Source of the DNA: Mobula hypostoma
Taxonomy: Eukaryota
DNA: 64,000 bases
Assembly: GCF_963921235.1 (NCBI RefSeq)
Contig: NC_086097.1
Coordinates: 196,666,001-196,730,000, forward strand
Reading direction: 5' to 3'
Shown here piece by piece: positions 1 to 13,568 of the stretch. Made by a program: the position numbers and the translations under genes. Within the stretch, counting starts at the first letter, position 1. Every line of letters starts with the position of its first letter. Below the pieces are notes generated by a model. That model ran no database searches and was not told the origin of the DNA. It saw nothing but the letters and a program-made list of their open reading frames with translations.

Positions 1-1935
1 AGGACTTCCTTGCCTAGTACCACGAAAAAGACGATGAAAAGGAGATCTATGATTATTAGTACAAACCAAGGCTACCAGGGAGTAATATAACAATTTAATC
101 CAAGATATAAATGTCAGACTAAAATTAAATTTCTCAAGAACATTAAATAAATAAGGCCATTCGACTCTGTCAAAGGCTTTCTCAGCATCTAATGAGATAA
201 TACATTCCGGGGTAGTAAGTGAGAGAATATAAACAATATTCATTAACCTCCTAATATTAAAGGATGAATGACGATTTTTAATAAATCCGGTTTGATCCAT
301 AGATATAATTTGAGGTAATACCTTCTCTAACCTAGTTGCTAGAATTTTTGAAAAAATTTTTGAACCTACATTCAAAAGAGATATCGGTCTATATGATGCA
401 CAATCAGTAGGATCTTTATTCTTTTTAAGGATTAAGGAAATAGAGGCTTCGTAAAACGATTGTGGTAATTTACCTAAACTGATTGCTTCTTTGAATATTC
501 TAGACAACCTTGGAGAGAGAATGGAGGAAAAACATTTTTTAAATTCCACTGTAAACCCATTCGGACCGGGTGCTTTACCAGCATTCAATGATGAGATTGC
601 AGATATTACTTCTTCCTTTGTAATGGGAGTTTCTAATGATAAACAATCTTCGGGTGATAATTTCGGGAAATTCAACTTACCTAGAAAATCATGCATGAAA
701 TTGGAATCATGAGGAAAATCCGAGTGATATAGAGAGGTATAAAATTCTTGAAAGGTTTTGTTTATCCCAACATGATCAACTGTGAAAGTATCATCGTGTT
801 TACGAATCTTAGTAATTTGACGTTTAACCGAATCAAATTTCAATTGATTAGCCAATAATTTACCCAATTTATCACTATGAATATAAAAATCACTTCCAGT
901 TCTCATTAATTGATTTTCAACTCTGTGTTTATATAGCTCCTTACTGGGAGAAATAGCATATTTTTTATCAATTCCTTTAATTTTATCAACCAACAAAAGT
1001 ATTTCATCCTTAACACGTCTTTTCAAACCAGCCGAATAGGAAATAATCTGACCACGGATATAAGCTTTAAAAGCGTCCCAAACAGTTCCATTGGAAACTT
1101 CTTCCGTAGTATTAGTTGAAAAGAAGAAATCAATCTGATCCTTTATAAACTTGACAAAGTCTGAGTCTTGAAGTAAAATATGGTTAAATCGCCATTGTCT
1201 ATTAGTAGAAGAAGTATCCATTAACTTGATAGAAAGTTTCATTGGAGCATGATCTGAGATGGCGATAATGTCGTAATTACAATCAACTACAGATGGGATT
1301 AATCGAGAGTCAATAAAAAAATAGTCAATTTGGGAATAAGAACAATGAACATGTGAAAAAAAAGAGAATTCTTTGTTGTTTGGATGTAGAAATCTCCAAA
1401 TTTCTGAAATCCCAGAATCAAACATAAAAGAGTTAATAAGAGTAGCCGATTTATTCAGTAAAGCTGGACTACCTATGGATCTATCCAACATGGGATTCAA
1501 ACATAAGTTAAAATCACCGCCCATTATCAACATATACTTGTTCAAGTTAGGAAAGGAAGTGAATAGGTGTTTAAAAAACTCAGGATAATCCACATTCGGA
1601 GTGTAAACATTAACCATAGCAACCTTTTTTTTAAAAGTACCCCAGTGATTAACAAAAATCTGCCATTAGGATCTGAGATAATGTCTTGATGAATAAATGT
1701 AATTGAGGGATCTATAAAAATTGAAACCTTTAATTTTGGCTTGAGCATTTGAATGGCATTGTTATCCCTTCCAAAACTTAAAGAAGCATTGATTATCCTC
1801 TTTCCTTACATGAGTTTCTTGTGCAAAAATAATATGAGCATTCAGTCTTTGGAATACTTTGAAAATCTTTTTCCGTTTAATTGGATGGTTTAAACCATTT
1901 GTATTCCAAGAGACAAAATTAATAATGTGAACCAT
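1..1935 (-). pseudogene. L1 ORF2p remnant (APE endonuclease and start of RT), disrupted
   Basis: Minus strand from ATG 1935: MVHIINFVSWNTNGLNHPIKRKK...FAQETH; GGDFN; SDHAP; YRPISLLN; DQTGFIKNR; SLDAEKAFDRVEW. Confidence 0.9.
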
Positions 1936-2758
1936 AATTTGAGATTAACCCTTTGGTAAGTAAAGGGTTAACCATAATGTAAACTCATGAAATTGGAAGA
2001 GGAATACATGATCAGAGAGGAACCGGAAATCTCGACACTGCGGACATCTTTGTAGTTCTAAATCAGCCCAATAGAAAAAATTAAAAAAGAAAGAGACTAC
2101 CCCACCCACCAACCCCAAGAACCCCAAACTAAGCCAGAGAAGGCTGAAGAAAGTACTAACTAATACTAACTCTAACCCCATTTCTGCAGGAGGCAACTCC
2201 AAAGATATATATTATATAGATGATCCCCCGAAAACTAATATATATAAAAAATAAACACTATAGTAAAATAATCTACATAGTATAATTACTAAAATATATA
2301 AATAAAAAAAAGTTAGTATCAATATGTATGATTAGTTAATTATAAATGAGTAAGTAAAATATCACTTCCAGAAAAGAAAAGGGATTATGGGGAGAAGAAA
2401 CATAGGAACATGGCGTCCCAAAAAGAACAAAGGAGATTATGCAAAATGAAAGACAAATCGCCATTTTAATTGTACAGAAACCAAAAATAAAAAAATATAT
2501 AACTAAAAATGATCATCAGATCAAATCATTAGTAATAATAACGAAAAACAAAAAGTTAAAGAAAAAATTAATTAAAGGAAAATGACGTTATTCACAAGAA
2601 ATAAGTATTCTATACAGGTTACAGAATAATAACTATAGTAGTAAGCACAAAACACAAATCTTGAGCTTATAAAAAACCTTCATCGTACGGTGGTAGAAGG
2701 TTTGTTTTAAAGAAAAACACCAGAGAAAAAAGCTGGTGCAGAAAGCACGGGGCATTAA

Positions 2759-3632
2759 TTAAAGAAGGATATCTGTGTCAGAAGGGTAGTTGTCATCCAA
2801 AAAGCTACGAGCGTCGGCTATGGAATGGAAGGCATGATGAGATCCATCAGAAAGAGAAATTCTGAGACGTGCAGGATACAAAAGTGCTGGTTTAAGATTT
2901 TTTTTATAACATTCCGACATTAGAGGTTTAAAAGTCAGTCGCTCCTTCATCACTTCGGGACTATAATCTTGAACTATTCTGAAAGAATGCTGGGGATACT
3001 TGATCATCCCTTGTTGATGAGCAGTCTGGAGAAGCTGTTCTTTAACATTGACATAATGGAAATGAAGAATAACTCATCTCAGTTTGGATACAGCCGATGC
3101 TGACTTTATCCACGGTATACGATGGGCACGATCAAGTAACGGAGGGTCGTTGGGAAAAACTGAACTGAACGTATCCTTTAAAAGTTGAGCAAAGAATATT
3201 GCAGGGTCTCCAGTCTCAACATCCTCGGGTAAGCCAATTAAGCGTAAGTTTTGTCTTCTCGATCGATAACTTTGGATTTAAGGTGTTGCAGTTGCTCAGT
3301 AGTCGAAGCTAAATTCTTCTCTAAGTTCTCAACTTTTGAATCCGTCTTCTGAGACTTAGTATCCAGTTCAGAAATTTTACCTCCATGATTTTGAATTTCG
3401 CAATCCAGAGATTTCAAAGATTCCGTGATTGATTTTAAGTCTTCATTAAAACTTTGGCGATGTTCAAGTTGAGCAGATAAACTTTCGGATAATTTTTGCC
3501 GATGTTCCTCGAGCTTTTCCTCCAGACACTTCACTATAACCTCGTAAGTTGATTCCGTTTGTTTGGAATCACCTTTTTTCCTCCGTTCCCATCGGAGTCT
3601 TTCCCATCTTTGGCTTTGGATCTCGTACTCAT
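2759..3632 (-). pseudogene. L1 ORF1p remnant (coiled coil plus RRM/CTD), frameshifted
   Basis: ATG at 3632 (MSTRSKAKDGK); coiled-coil ORF 3238-3534; LIGLPE, DRAHR and RIVQDYSPEVMKER...LLYPARLRI motifs typical of L1 ORF1. Confidence 0.85.
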
Positions 3633-5093
3633 TTCTTTAAACTCCAGAGTTGCAATTTACGAAGAATTCAGTAAAATCAATGAATCAGTAAGATAGAATA
3701 AATCTTCTGGTGTGGATAAAATTAATTAGATCAAGGAGATCATAGGTTAAAAAGGATAACGGGAATGAAGCGAAGCCAGAGACAACCTCACTCCATGAGC
3801 GCTCCCTGCAGAATCCAGTAAACTCATTGAAGGAGTGGCTGAAGTGACTCAGCATAGGAAACTGAGGAATTGTCTTGCAGTGACGCACTGGAACCGAGGT
3901 GATTTAATTCCAGCAATCACAACCATCTTCCTTTGTGTCAGATACTGTATTGATCCAGCCTGTAGATTGATTTCCTCTTGACCTCACTGACTTCATTTTT
4001 ACCAGGCATACTTAATGCCGTACTAGTCAAGTTCTGCTTTCATCAAGAGCAGTCACTCTCATCTCCGTAATTCGAATCTTTACTCCTTGTTTGAATCAAG
4101 GTTGTGATGAGGACACCTCCGTGGAAGTACATTGTTGTTCATTTTATGCTTTTGCTGAAGATTATGAAATTCTTGCTTGATGATTTTTACTTCCATTTTA
4201 AAGAATATGATCTTTATTTCCTTCAGACACTTTGGCCATAAAGTTACAAAGATTATAGTGACGTTAAATGCATGCATGTGCACTGCTGAAGATTAACAAG
4301 ATAAATCAAAAGGCCTGATATCACAGTGCTCTGAAAACCCATCTGCTCCTTACCAACCAAAAGCACACTGGTTATTCAAGCAGATTTCCAGCATAATGTG
4401 AAACTGAATATAAAGTATCCTTGGCTCAAAGACATGGCTATCCAGTGTCAACTAATGCACCAGGCATCTAGTCAATCATCAACAGTACACTTGAATACTC
4501 CAGACATGATTGAGCAATCAACCAGATACCATGAGCTTGATTCCAAACTTCATCAAGTCATATAATATTAGAAACACCTCATCAGAAAAGACATCTTGCT
4601 TAAGCACCAGAAGTGATCACCTTTCTTCCTTTACACGAAGGTTAAATGTTTTCACTCAGCATCTTGAAAAGCATGAGTTTCAACAGATAACAAGACCACC
4701 ATGAATGAGCTGTGTAAACACCATGAAATCTGTATGCACAGTTTGTCTGATCACAGAATTAAATGCAAGTCTCACAAACTGATAGTTGTCACCAGATCAA
4801 GTTGTTACCAGTTTCACTACACCCAAACACTGTGGCACCAGTTCCTCAATAAATGTCTCTTCACACTTCCCATTCGCCAGGTGAATGCTTCATGAAACTG
4901 CTTTCTCAGATATATAAAGAAAATATAATCTTTTGTAGATAGAATGTTTAAGTAGGATTATGCAAAAAAAACTATGCAACCACTTTAATGTAGTAATGTG
5001 GACTCAATGACCTAAACCAAACTTAACTAAGACTTAATTCTGAGGAAAGTTCAGAGGCCCAAAATGTTAACTAATTAATCTTTACACAGACAC

Positions 5094-5301
5094 CAACAAC
5101 AGGAATTCTGCAGATGCTGGGAATTCAAGCAACACACATCAAAGTTGCTGGTAAATGCAGCAGGCCAGGCAGCATCTATTGTAAGAGTTTCAGTCGATGT
5201 TTCAGGCCGAGACCCTTCGTCAGGCCTGAAACGTCGACTGAAACTCTTCCAATAGATGCTGCCTGGCCTGCTGCGTTTACCAGCAACTTTGATGTGTGTT
5301 G
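5094..5301. mobile_element. Miniature fold-back PLE-tail insertion nested in an older PLE tail (~5040-5375)
   Basis: Inverted arms of about 80 bp; TSD TTTACACAGACAC at 5081-5093 and 5302-5314. Confidence 0.85.
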
Positions 5302-6609
5302 TTTACACAGACACTGTTTGACTGGCTGAGTTCTTCCAGCATTTCTGCATTTGTTTAGCTTCCAGCATCTACGGTTTTATTTATTTTACCTAAAGTGAAT
5401 TCAGCATTTCCTTCTAGAATACTCAATTCCCAATTAACACGAATCAAGCAGTAGTCGATCCACTGCCAACTCCTGCAAAAGGTAATCCCAAAGACTTTAA
5501 ACAGGAAAGAGCAATTTCAAGCTCAATACCTACTTTCCTTTGATGTGCAACAAAGAGAAAGAGAAGTATAACAACAGTTTGCTAGATAAAGTATAACACC
5601 TCAGAAACAATAAAGAGTCTTTGAATCACACCCTGAACAGTGTCACCACATCAATGTTTGAATTCTGGAGGTCCACGCTTGTCAATTAAATTTATTCATC
5701 CAGATTTACACTGGTCCTCTCCACTATTTTAGGAGATCAGATCTGAGGGCCAAATTCTCTTCCAATATCATAGTGACAGAGCTGGCTGTAGGCTAGATTT
5801 AACATCAATGCCAAATCTGAATCAAGTAAGCAATAGTCTAAGATAAAATCAGTTCCAAGACTGATTTTAAATTCCACGACTGGCTATAAATTCAAACAGC
5901 TGTACATTACTATGAGTGTCAATTTCTTTTACCACATTTATGCATTAACCCTTTCCAGGAAGAACTGAGTATAATTCCTGTACATGACAAACTGCCATTA
6001 ATTCATGAGTAAGACTGAGTACTAGCACCATTTATGAAAATGAAGCTATCTCAAGTCAGCAAAGAGTACCACTGTCATATCTTTGATTGAAACAAAATAT
6101 ATACTGTAATAGCTCCAAATAGATATTGGAAACATTTAGGAAAAGGATACATATGTATATTGATAGCTTTCTAAATAGTTTAAGAATTTTTCTTTCAAAT
6201 TATTTGTATCACAGCAGCTATATACGTTTCAAATTGCTCGTGGATGCCATAATTTCTATTTAAATGTTTATCTCAAAAAAACACATAGATTTGTTACTTG
6301 AAGACAACACAACTTAATCAATAAAGTTGAAATCAAAAGATGTCTCAGCAAAGATATGGTACTGCTGAGTAATGCAGCCATCAGCAAAGCAATAAATAAG
6401 AAATGTTTGTTAAGTTAAATTTATGGGCAATATCAAATGACACATGGTTGCCATTTTCAAATATAGGTAAATAAGACTGAATGAATAGATTGAAATAAAT
6501 AGTGACAAATTTGAATTAAGAACATTAATTTATTTGCATTGGTATATCTTTTGTGATCCCGCGACAAGATCCACCACTAGGTTCTACAAGATGGCGTTGG
6601 CAAAACATG

Positions 6610-7560
6610 GCAAAGTTCGTGAACTGGGCCATGTTCAAGGACTCATCAAAAGATCTGAATGAATACACCGCATATGCCACAGACTTTATAAAAAGTCGTA
6701 TACAAGTATGTTCTCACAAAATTATTCAGTCTTCTCCAACCAGAAGCCCTGGTTGAACCATGAGATCTGCAATCTGCTCAGATAAGTAGCCTTCAGGTCT
6801 TGAGACCGAGTAAAACACAAGAGGTCAGGGTACAATTTTTGGAAAGCAACCTCATGTCTTCGGTCCATTACATATCGGCTCTGCTTCCTTAGAAGTTTGC
6901 ATAGATTCGGCATGCCAAATAAAACTTTGACAAACTTCTATAGATGTGTGGAGGGAAGTATACTGACAGGTTGCATCACAGCCTGGTATGGAAACACCAA
7001 TGCCAGTGAACAGAAAAGCCTACAAAAAATAGTGGTTACAGCCCAGTCCATCACAGGTAAAGCCCTCCCCATCACTGAGCACACCTACGCAGAATGCTGT
7101 TACAGTAAAGCAGCATCCATCATCAAGAACACCTCCCCCGCACCCCCATCCAGGGCTTGCTCTCCTTTCACCGTTGCCATCAGGAAGAAGGTACATGCCC
7201 CAGTACCCAGTCACTACTTCTCAACCATCGGGGGATAATGTCATTCAACTTCACTTGCCCCATCACTGATCTGTTCCCACAACCAATGGACTCACTATCA
7301 AGGATTGTTCGTTTCACGTTCTCAATATTAGTTAGTTAGTTATTTATTTATTCATTATTATTATTATTATTATTAGTGTTTTCTTTTTGCATTGACACAG
7401 TTTGTTGTGTTTTGCACATTGGTTGGTTGTCCACCCTGTTGGGTGCAATCTTTCATTGATTCTACTGTTTCTTGTATACCCTATGAATGCCCACAAGAAA
7501 ATGATTCTCATGGTTGTATATGGTGATGTGTGTACTTTGAAAATAAATTTACTTTGAATT
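6610..7560 (+). mobile_element. Rex1/Babar LINE fragments with 3' tail
   Basis: LTNFYRCVEGSILTGCITAWYG motif; tail ...TGTACTTTGAAAATAAATTTACTTTGAA. Confidence 0.75.
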
Positions 7561-9214
7561 TTAAATATAGTTATATTAATGCTTTTAACTAAATTGATAC
7601 CTCTTGAAAGAAATCAACTCAACCTACTAATACGCAAAACCAGGACAACTGGTTTTCTAATCCACAACTAACATTGAGGAGAAAACTTTATTGGGGTACA
7701 GAGGAGACACTGACTGGACTTATGCAACTTTGAATACTGTTAGAATGTCAATCTAATAACATTTCTCAGTCAAAATCCGATGTGGAAAAATAGCAACTTA
7801 CAAATCAAGTGTCTAAACCTGGGTACATTTCAAAAGTTAGCCTAATAGTATAGCAACAGTATTAGAACTTGTTTTGGGAACACAAAATTTGACGATGCAA
7901 ACTAATTTGTGCAGGAAGAATCATGTGCACATTCTGCCAAACAATTAGCTTGCCACTTCACTGTAGCCAAACAGGTTGGTTTTGCAGCAGATGCAAATAG
8001 CCATTTTGGTCACTGGGTCTTTGATGAGGATCCAGCACAAGTAAACAAGTGTTACACATTTTAGTATTCAAAAGTGTTCTACCTGAGATCAAGCCTGACT
8101 TTAGTACATCAATAGTCAGCAGGACTGGTGGCCTTTAGTTCAAAATTATCATAGTGTGGTCACGGATGGGATTGTGAGTATGTGGAGTGGGGAGAGGCTG
8201 AGTGCAGATTCTATTGGTATCTGAATTGAGGAAACATGACCAATCACAGCTCGGTTTCAGGGCTAATGAAATGCTATGGGCTATCAGGGTGGCATGTTAA
8301 TAAATATGTGTGAGATAATAAATTACAGGAAGATAAGTGGAGAATAAGATTGATAAGATTATTCTTGGAGCCAGCATGAACTGGATGGGATGAATGGTCT
8401 CCTTTATATCATTATGAAATATGAAACCTTGAACATTTTCTAATCTAATGCTTCATGTTTTTATTCCAAATATCTGAGAATCCATGAAGCTGCACTGGCC
8501 AACTTAGTTTCACAGATCCAAACCACTTTATTTATATCATCCCACTCATCACACTCAAAAAAATGTATATTATGGCCTTACAACTGGATAGCAATATTTT
8601 TAGTGAGGTTTAATGACATCAGTACTATACTGTAGCACTTGTTTTTCCACACATATGCCATTTATCCAGTTCTTCTTTCTAAATTGCCAATAATCTTTGC
8701 ATCACCCATGTTCTTTTTTAAAGCACTGAAGCTCCCATTGATTGGCAATGGACTTTTCATATGAATGGTCTACTCAAAAATGAACTGTCGAATGAGCCAA
8801 AGAATTTGCTGCTGTTTATTACACAGAACTGGTGCCTTCTCTTGATTATATGAATTCAATCTAGAAATTTAACATCACAGGCAAAAAGGAACTTAAAACA
8901 GCAAAGCCTGGGTGATAGAAGAGGATAACGGGTTCAGCCATCGGAGCAAGCAACCAGACTAGAACATGGTGGCAAAAGGTAGTTGGTGGAAGTAAATGAG
9001 ATAGATTCATCCCTGCAGGTCACCATTACACAGGGGTTCTGACACAACGATCTCAATCCTCAAGGAAATACACTATAGCAGGGTGATATAGAAAGGGGAG
9101 GTAAACAGAAGAACCTTGTTTATGTCCAGAGGTCAATAAGATGGTTAAAAAGGCATTAAAACAGTTGACACTAAAAACAGGGTACAGAATGCAAGAGCAG
9201 AGAGTTGATTTAGT

Positions 9215-9450
9215 TTAGTAGTACAGCACTGTACAGCATTGGACCTTCCGGTCCAATGAGCCTGTATGGCCATGTGACCAATTAACCTATGAACCCATAC
9301 ATCTTTGGCATATGGGAGGAAACTTGAGCAACAAGAAGAAACCCACGTGGTCATGTGGAGAACGAACAAATTCCTTATAGAGAGTGGTGGAATTAAACCT
9401 AATCACTGGCGCTGTAATGGCGTTATGCTAACTGCTGCGGTACTACCCCA
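9215..9450 (-). mobile_element. tRNA-derived SINE (HE1/V-SINE-like)
   Basis: GGAGGAAAC...GAAACCCACGTGGTCA...GGAGAACG core, shared with other copies in the window. Confidence 0.6.
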
Positions 9451-9814
9451 AATTTGATGCTAAGATTGCGCACAAAAGTTAAACCATTCGAACAATGAGT
9501 TCAGTTCATGTGACAAAAATAACTGTGACTGCAGAAGAGATTTATGAGGATGTTGCCAGCAATGGAATTTCTTGGTGAACAGGAAAGATTGAATAAGCCT
9601 CGGTTATCAATTCTTTAGAGGTAACAGTAAGTGGCAGTCAACAGAGAGTTTCTCAATCTTATCTGATACCATTAACATTCATGGGGTCAAGTGACAATGT
9701 TGAGGACTCTCAGGGTCATTCATTCCCACACATGCCAATGTATGGCACAACTTCTGTTATTAATAACCTGCTTGAGAATCAGAGCATACCCAGAACAGTG
9801 GTGATGAAGGAGAC

Positions 9815-9960
9815 GCAAAAGACTGCAAATGCTGGAATCTGGAGCAACACACAAAGCAGTTGGAGGAACTCAGTGGGTCAGGCAGCATCTAATAGAGGGA
9901 CTGTTAGCGTTTCGGGTCAAGACCCTTCTGCTGGACTGGATGGTGATGAGGGAGATGGGG
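9815..9960 (-). mobile_element. Old PLE 3' tail with degenerate hammerhead
   Basis: CTGCAAATGCTGGAATC...GGAGGAACTCAG...CGTTTCGGGTCAAGACCCTTC. Confidence 0.65.
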
Positions 9961-10246
9961 GCGACAGCTAAAAGGTATCATTCTGTATCTATGACTGTAT
10001 AAACATGACATCTGACTACTCTGTGGGATAGATCTTAACATGCAGACATCTATTCCTAGATATTCTCAGATCATAGTAAATTAGTAAAATTGCTTGCATG
10101 ACTATTTCAGAAGACATTTAAGAATCCATCTAACTGTTGAGACCATGGGCACAAATACCAGCTACAACGTCTTCTTATATGATATTTAATTAACTGTGTT
10201 TAAATTTTCCACCTCCACGCTAGAAAATGAAATAATATCCTTGGAT

Positions 10247-10870
10247 CATAGAAACATAGAAAACCTACAGCACAATACAGGCCCTTCGACCTACAAAGCT
10301 GTGCCGAACATGTCCCTACCTTAGAAATTACTAGTGTTTCCCATAGCCCTCTATTTTTCTAAGCTCTATGTACCTATCCAAAAGTCTCTTAAAAGACCCT
10401 GTCATATCCGCCTCCACCACCATTGCCGGCAGCCCATTCCATGCACTCACCACTCTCTGAGTGAAAAACTTACCCCTGACATCTCCTCTGTACCTACTCC
10501 CCAGCACCTTAAACCTGTGTCCTCTTGCGGCAACCATTTCAGCCCTGGGAAAAAGCCTCTGACTATCCACACGATCAATGCCTCTCATCATCTTACACAC
10601 CTCTATCAGGTCACCTCTCATCCTCCATCGCTCCAAGGAGAAAAGGCCAAGTTCACTCAACCTGTTTTCATAAGGCATGCTCCCCAATACAGGCAACATT
10701 CTTGTAAATCTCCTCTGCACCCCTTCTATGGCTTCCACATCCTTCCTGTAGTGAGGCAACCAGAACTGAGCGCAGTACTTCAAGTGGGGTCTGACCAGAG
10801 TTCTATATAGCTGCAACATTACCTCTTGGTTCCTAAATTCAATTCCACGATTAATGAAGGCCAATACACA
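10247..10870 (-). mobile_element. CR1 LINE 3' end (ORF2 C-terminus)
   Basis: ORF 10331-10864: LYRTLVRPHLKYCAQFW...RMRGDLIEV...FFTQRVVSAWNGLP; tandem tail (CATAGAAA)n. Confidence 0.92.
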
Positions 10871-12144
10871 TCATTAGTCCAAATCTCTCTCTGAATTACC
10901 AGGCCTATAACAATGTCTCTGTGCTACCATTCCCTTGAAATATCCACAGCTCACTGATTAAAATATGACTTGGAACAAGTTCTAATTATATTTTGGAAGT
11001 TTTTTTATATTAGTCACCTTAGTTGTATTTACTATATTAAATAATTGCTATGAAGTCAAACCTAAAGTTTCAATGTTACAGTTGAATATCGTCTCTTTAT
11101 TTCAATATTTCAGTCTAATGTAGTCTCTTTAAAAGATCCACATCAAGGTTCACACACAAATCATATCACTCTAAAAAATGACACAATCTCACGGAACTCT
11201 GCTCTGATTAGATAACAGTTAATGTCCAACTAATCATGGTGAAGTACAAAGAAAACATGTTATAACCGAGATCCCATTTTCCAAACTACATAGCGAGTTA
11301 ATGATACATGAAGATAGATGTCTCTAATTATTTTTAGTTTTGATTACAGCAAAATATATTTCACAGGATTTTGTTCTTCTTTATTTGAGTACTTCAAGTG
11401 AAGCTTTTATCACTTAGGAGCACTATTGTAAATCGTGAGCTTCATTTTATGGAAAGATATGCAGTTGATAGTCCCAAAACCACGGTCAGCAGAAGTTTTG
11501 GGACGAAAAGTTTATTGAATAAACTTGTACTAAATGCTAACTTTACTCCATTCTCACTCTTCCAGTTTATAATGTTACATGATTTCAATTGCCAACTTTA
11601 GTTGCAGCTTTACCTGAATATCAGTAGGTCTAAAGCCAGTTAAAACAAATCACCTGGAAATAGTCTGGCTCCAGTTTTCAGATACACAACAATCCTTTAA
11701 CCTTTAGAAAAATTAACTAGTATCTCAATAAAAATCAAACGTCTGTGAAAAGCTATAGTTAATTGTCCATCCAGTGTTGTTTTAAGGTTGGGTTTTATCA
11801 CTAAACACCTAAATTTCATCCTTGCCAACATCTGCCCTTTGCCCTTTCATTGCAAAAGTAACCTAGTTCAAATCTAAGTCTCAAATCAAAGATAGGCCGT
11901 GGAAATATTTTCAGAATTAGATAGAAACAGTGAATGCTAAAAATGGACCTTTCCTCATTCAGATCAGCACTTAAACTATTTCAACTCCTTTAGCCTTGCC
12001 AAAAGAAGTTATATACACAAGTAATAATGAAACTTAGTATATTTCTTTTCTAATTAGAATCCAAAAATGATACAGATTGAGATAATGGTAACCATGCAAA
12101 AGTGTGGCTATAATTGATGCTCAAAAAAACATAATCTAATCTTT

Positions 12145-12242
12145 GTCCTGACGAAGGGTCTCGGCCCGAAACGTCAACTGTACCTCTTCCTTGAGATGCT
12201 GCCTGGCCTGCAGCATTCATTAGCAACTTTGATGTGTGTTGC
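12145..12242 (+). mobile_element. Short PLE tail starting at the hammerhead
   Basis: GTCCTGACGAAGGGTCTCGGCCCGAAACGTC...GATGTGTGTTGC. Confidence 0.85.
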
Positions 12243-12549
12243 ATTAATCTATTTTGAGCCTTCTATCCTCTGACTTTAGCTTGGCCTTATTTCAAGGGCT
12301 TTCTAATACAAAACTGCAATTATGTATCTCCTACAATTGAAAAATTGGAATCTTGTGTAACTGCTGGAATATAACCATGGAGTTAACACCACATTAGTCA
12401 GCTCTTAAAGGTACACAACACCCGCAGCACCAGAAGTAGGATCTGTGACTGACCTTGACTTCAAGGCAGCACTGGATAGAGTGCAGCATTAAGGAACCCT
12501 GGGAAAAAAACACAAGTCAATGGACATCAAAGGCAATATACTCCAATGC

Positions 12550-13568
12550 AACACACATCAAAGTTGCTGGTGAATGCAGCAGGCCAGGCAGCATCTCTAG
12601 GAAGAGGTGCAGTTGACGTTTCAGGTCGAGACCCTTCGTCAGGACTAACTGAAGGAAGAGTGAGTAAGGGATTTGAAAGTTGGAGGGGGAGGGGGAGATC
12701 CAAAATGATAGGAGAAGACAGGAGGGGGAGGGACGGAGCCAAGAGCTGGACAGGTGATAGGCAAAAGGGATACGAGAGGATCATGGGACAGGAGGTCCGG
12801 GAAGAAAGACAAGGAGGGTGGGGGACCCAGAGGATGGGCAAGGGGTATATTCAGAGGGACAGAGGGAGAAAAAGGAGAGTGAGAGAAAGAATGTGTGTAT
12901 AAAAATAAGGAACAGATGGGGTACGAGGGGGAGGTGGGGCCTTAGCGGAAGTTAGAGAAGTCGATGTTCATGCCATCAGGTTGGAGGCTATCCAGACGGA
13001 ATATTAGGTGTTGTTTCTCCAATCTGAGTGTGGCTTCATCTTTACAGTAGAGGAGGCCGTGGATAGACATGTCGGAATGGGAATGGGATGTGGAATTAAA
13101 ATGTGTGGCCACTGGGAGATCCTGCTTTCTCTGGCGGACAGAGCGTAGATGTTCAGCAAAGCGGTCTCCCAGTCTGCGTCGGGTCTCGCCAATATATAAA
13201 AGGCCACATCAGGAGCACCAGACGCAGTATATCAACCCAGTCGACTCACAGGTGAAGTGTTGCCTCACCTGGAAGGACTGTTTGGGGCCCTGAATGGTGG
13301 TAAGGGAGGAAGTGTAAGGGCATGTGTAGCACTTGTTCCACTTACACAGATAAGTGCCAGGAGGGGATAAGAGATCAGTGGGGAGGGATGGGGGGGACGA
13401 ATGGACAAGGGAGTTGCGTAGGGAGCGATCCCTGTGGAATGCAGAGAGGTGTGGGGAGGGAAAGGTGTGCTTAGTGGTGGGATCCCGTTGGAGGTGGCGG
13501 AAGTTACGGAGAATAATATGTGTGTTGCTTGAATTTCCAGCATCTGCAGAATTCCTGTTGTTTGCATT
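12550..13568 (-). mobile_element. Penelope-like element (Neptune type), GIY-YIG and 3' region, with an inverted ~45-bp terminal tail
   Basis: GIY-YIG and 3' region match other copies; TSD TATACTCCAATGC at 12537-12549 and 13569-13581. Confidence 0.88.

Larger units (their letters stand above)
1..3810 (-). mobile_element. L1-clade LINE, 5' portion (5'UTR, ORF1, ~820 bp spacer, ORF2 N-terminal half; runs off window start)
   Basis: ORF1 and ORF2 motifs in the correct order on the minus strand; 5' end placed approximately at GGGAGCGCTCATGGAGTGAGG. Confidence 0.9.
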
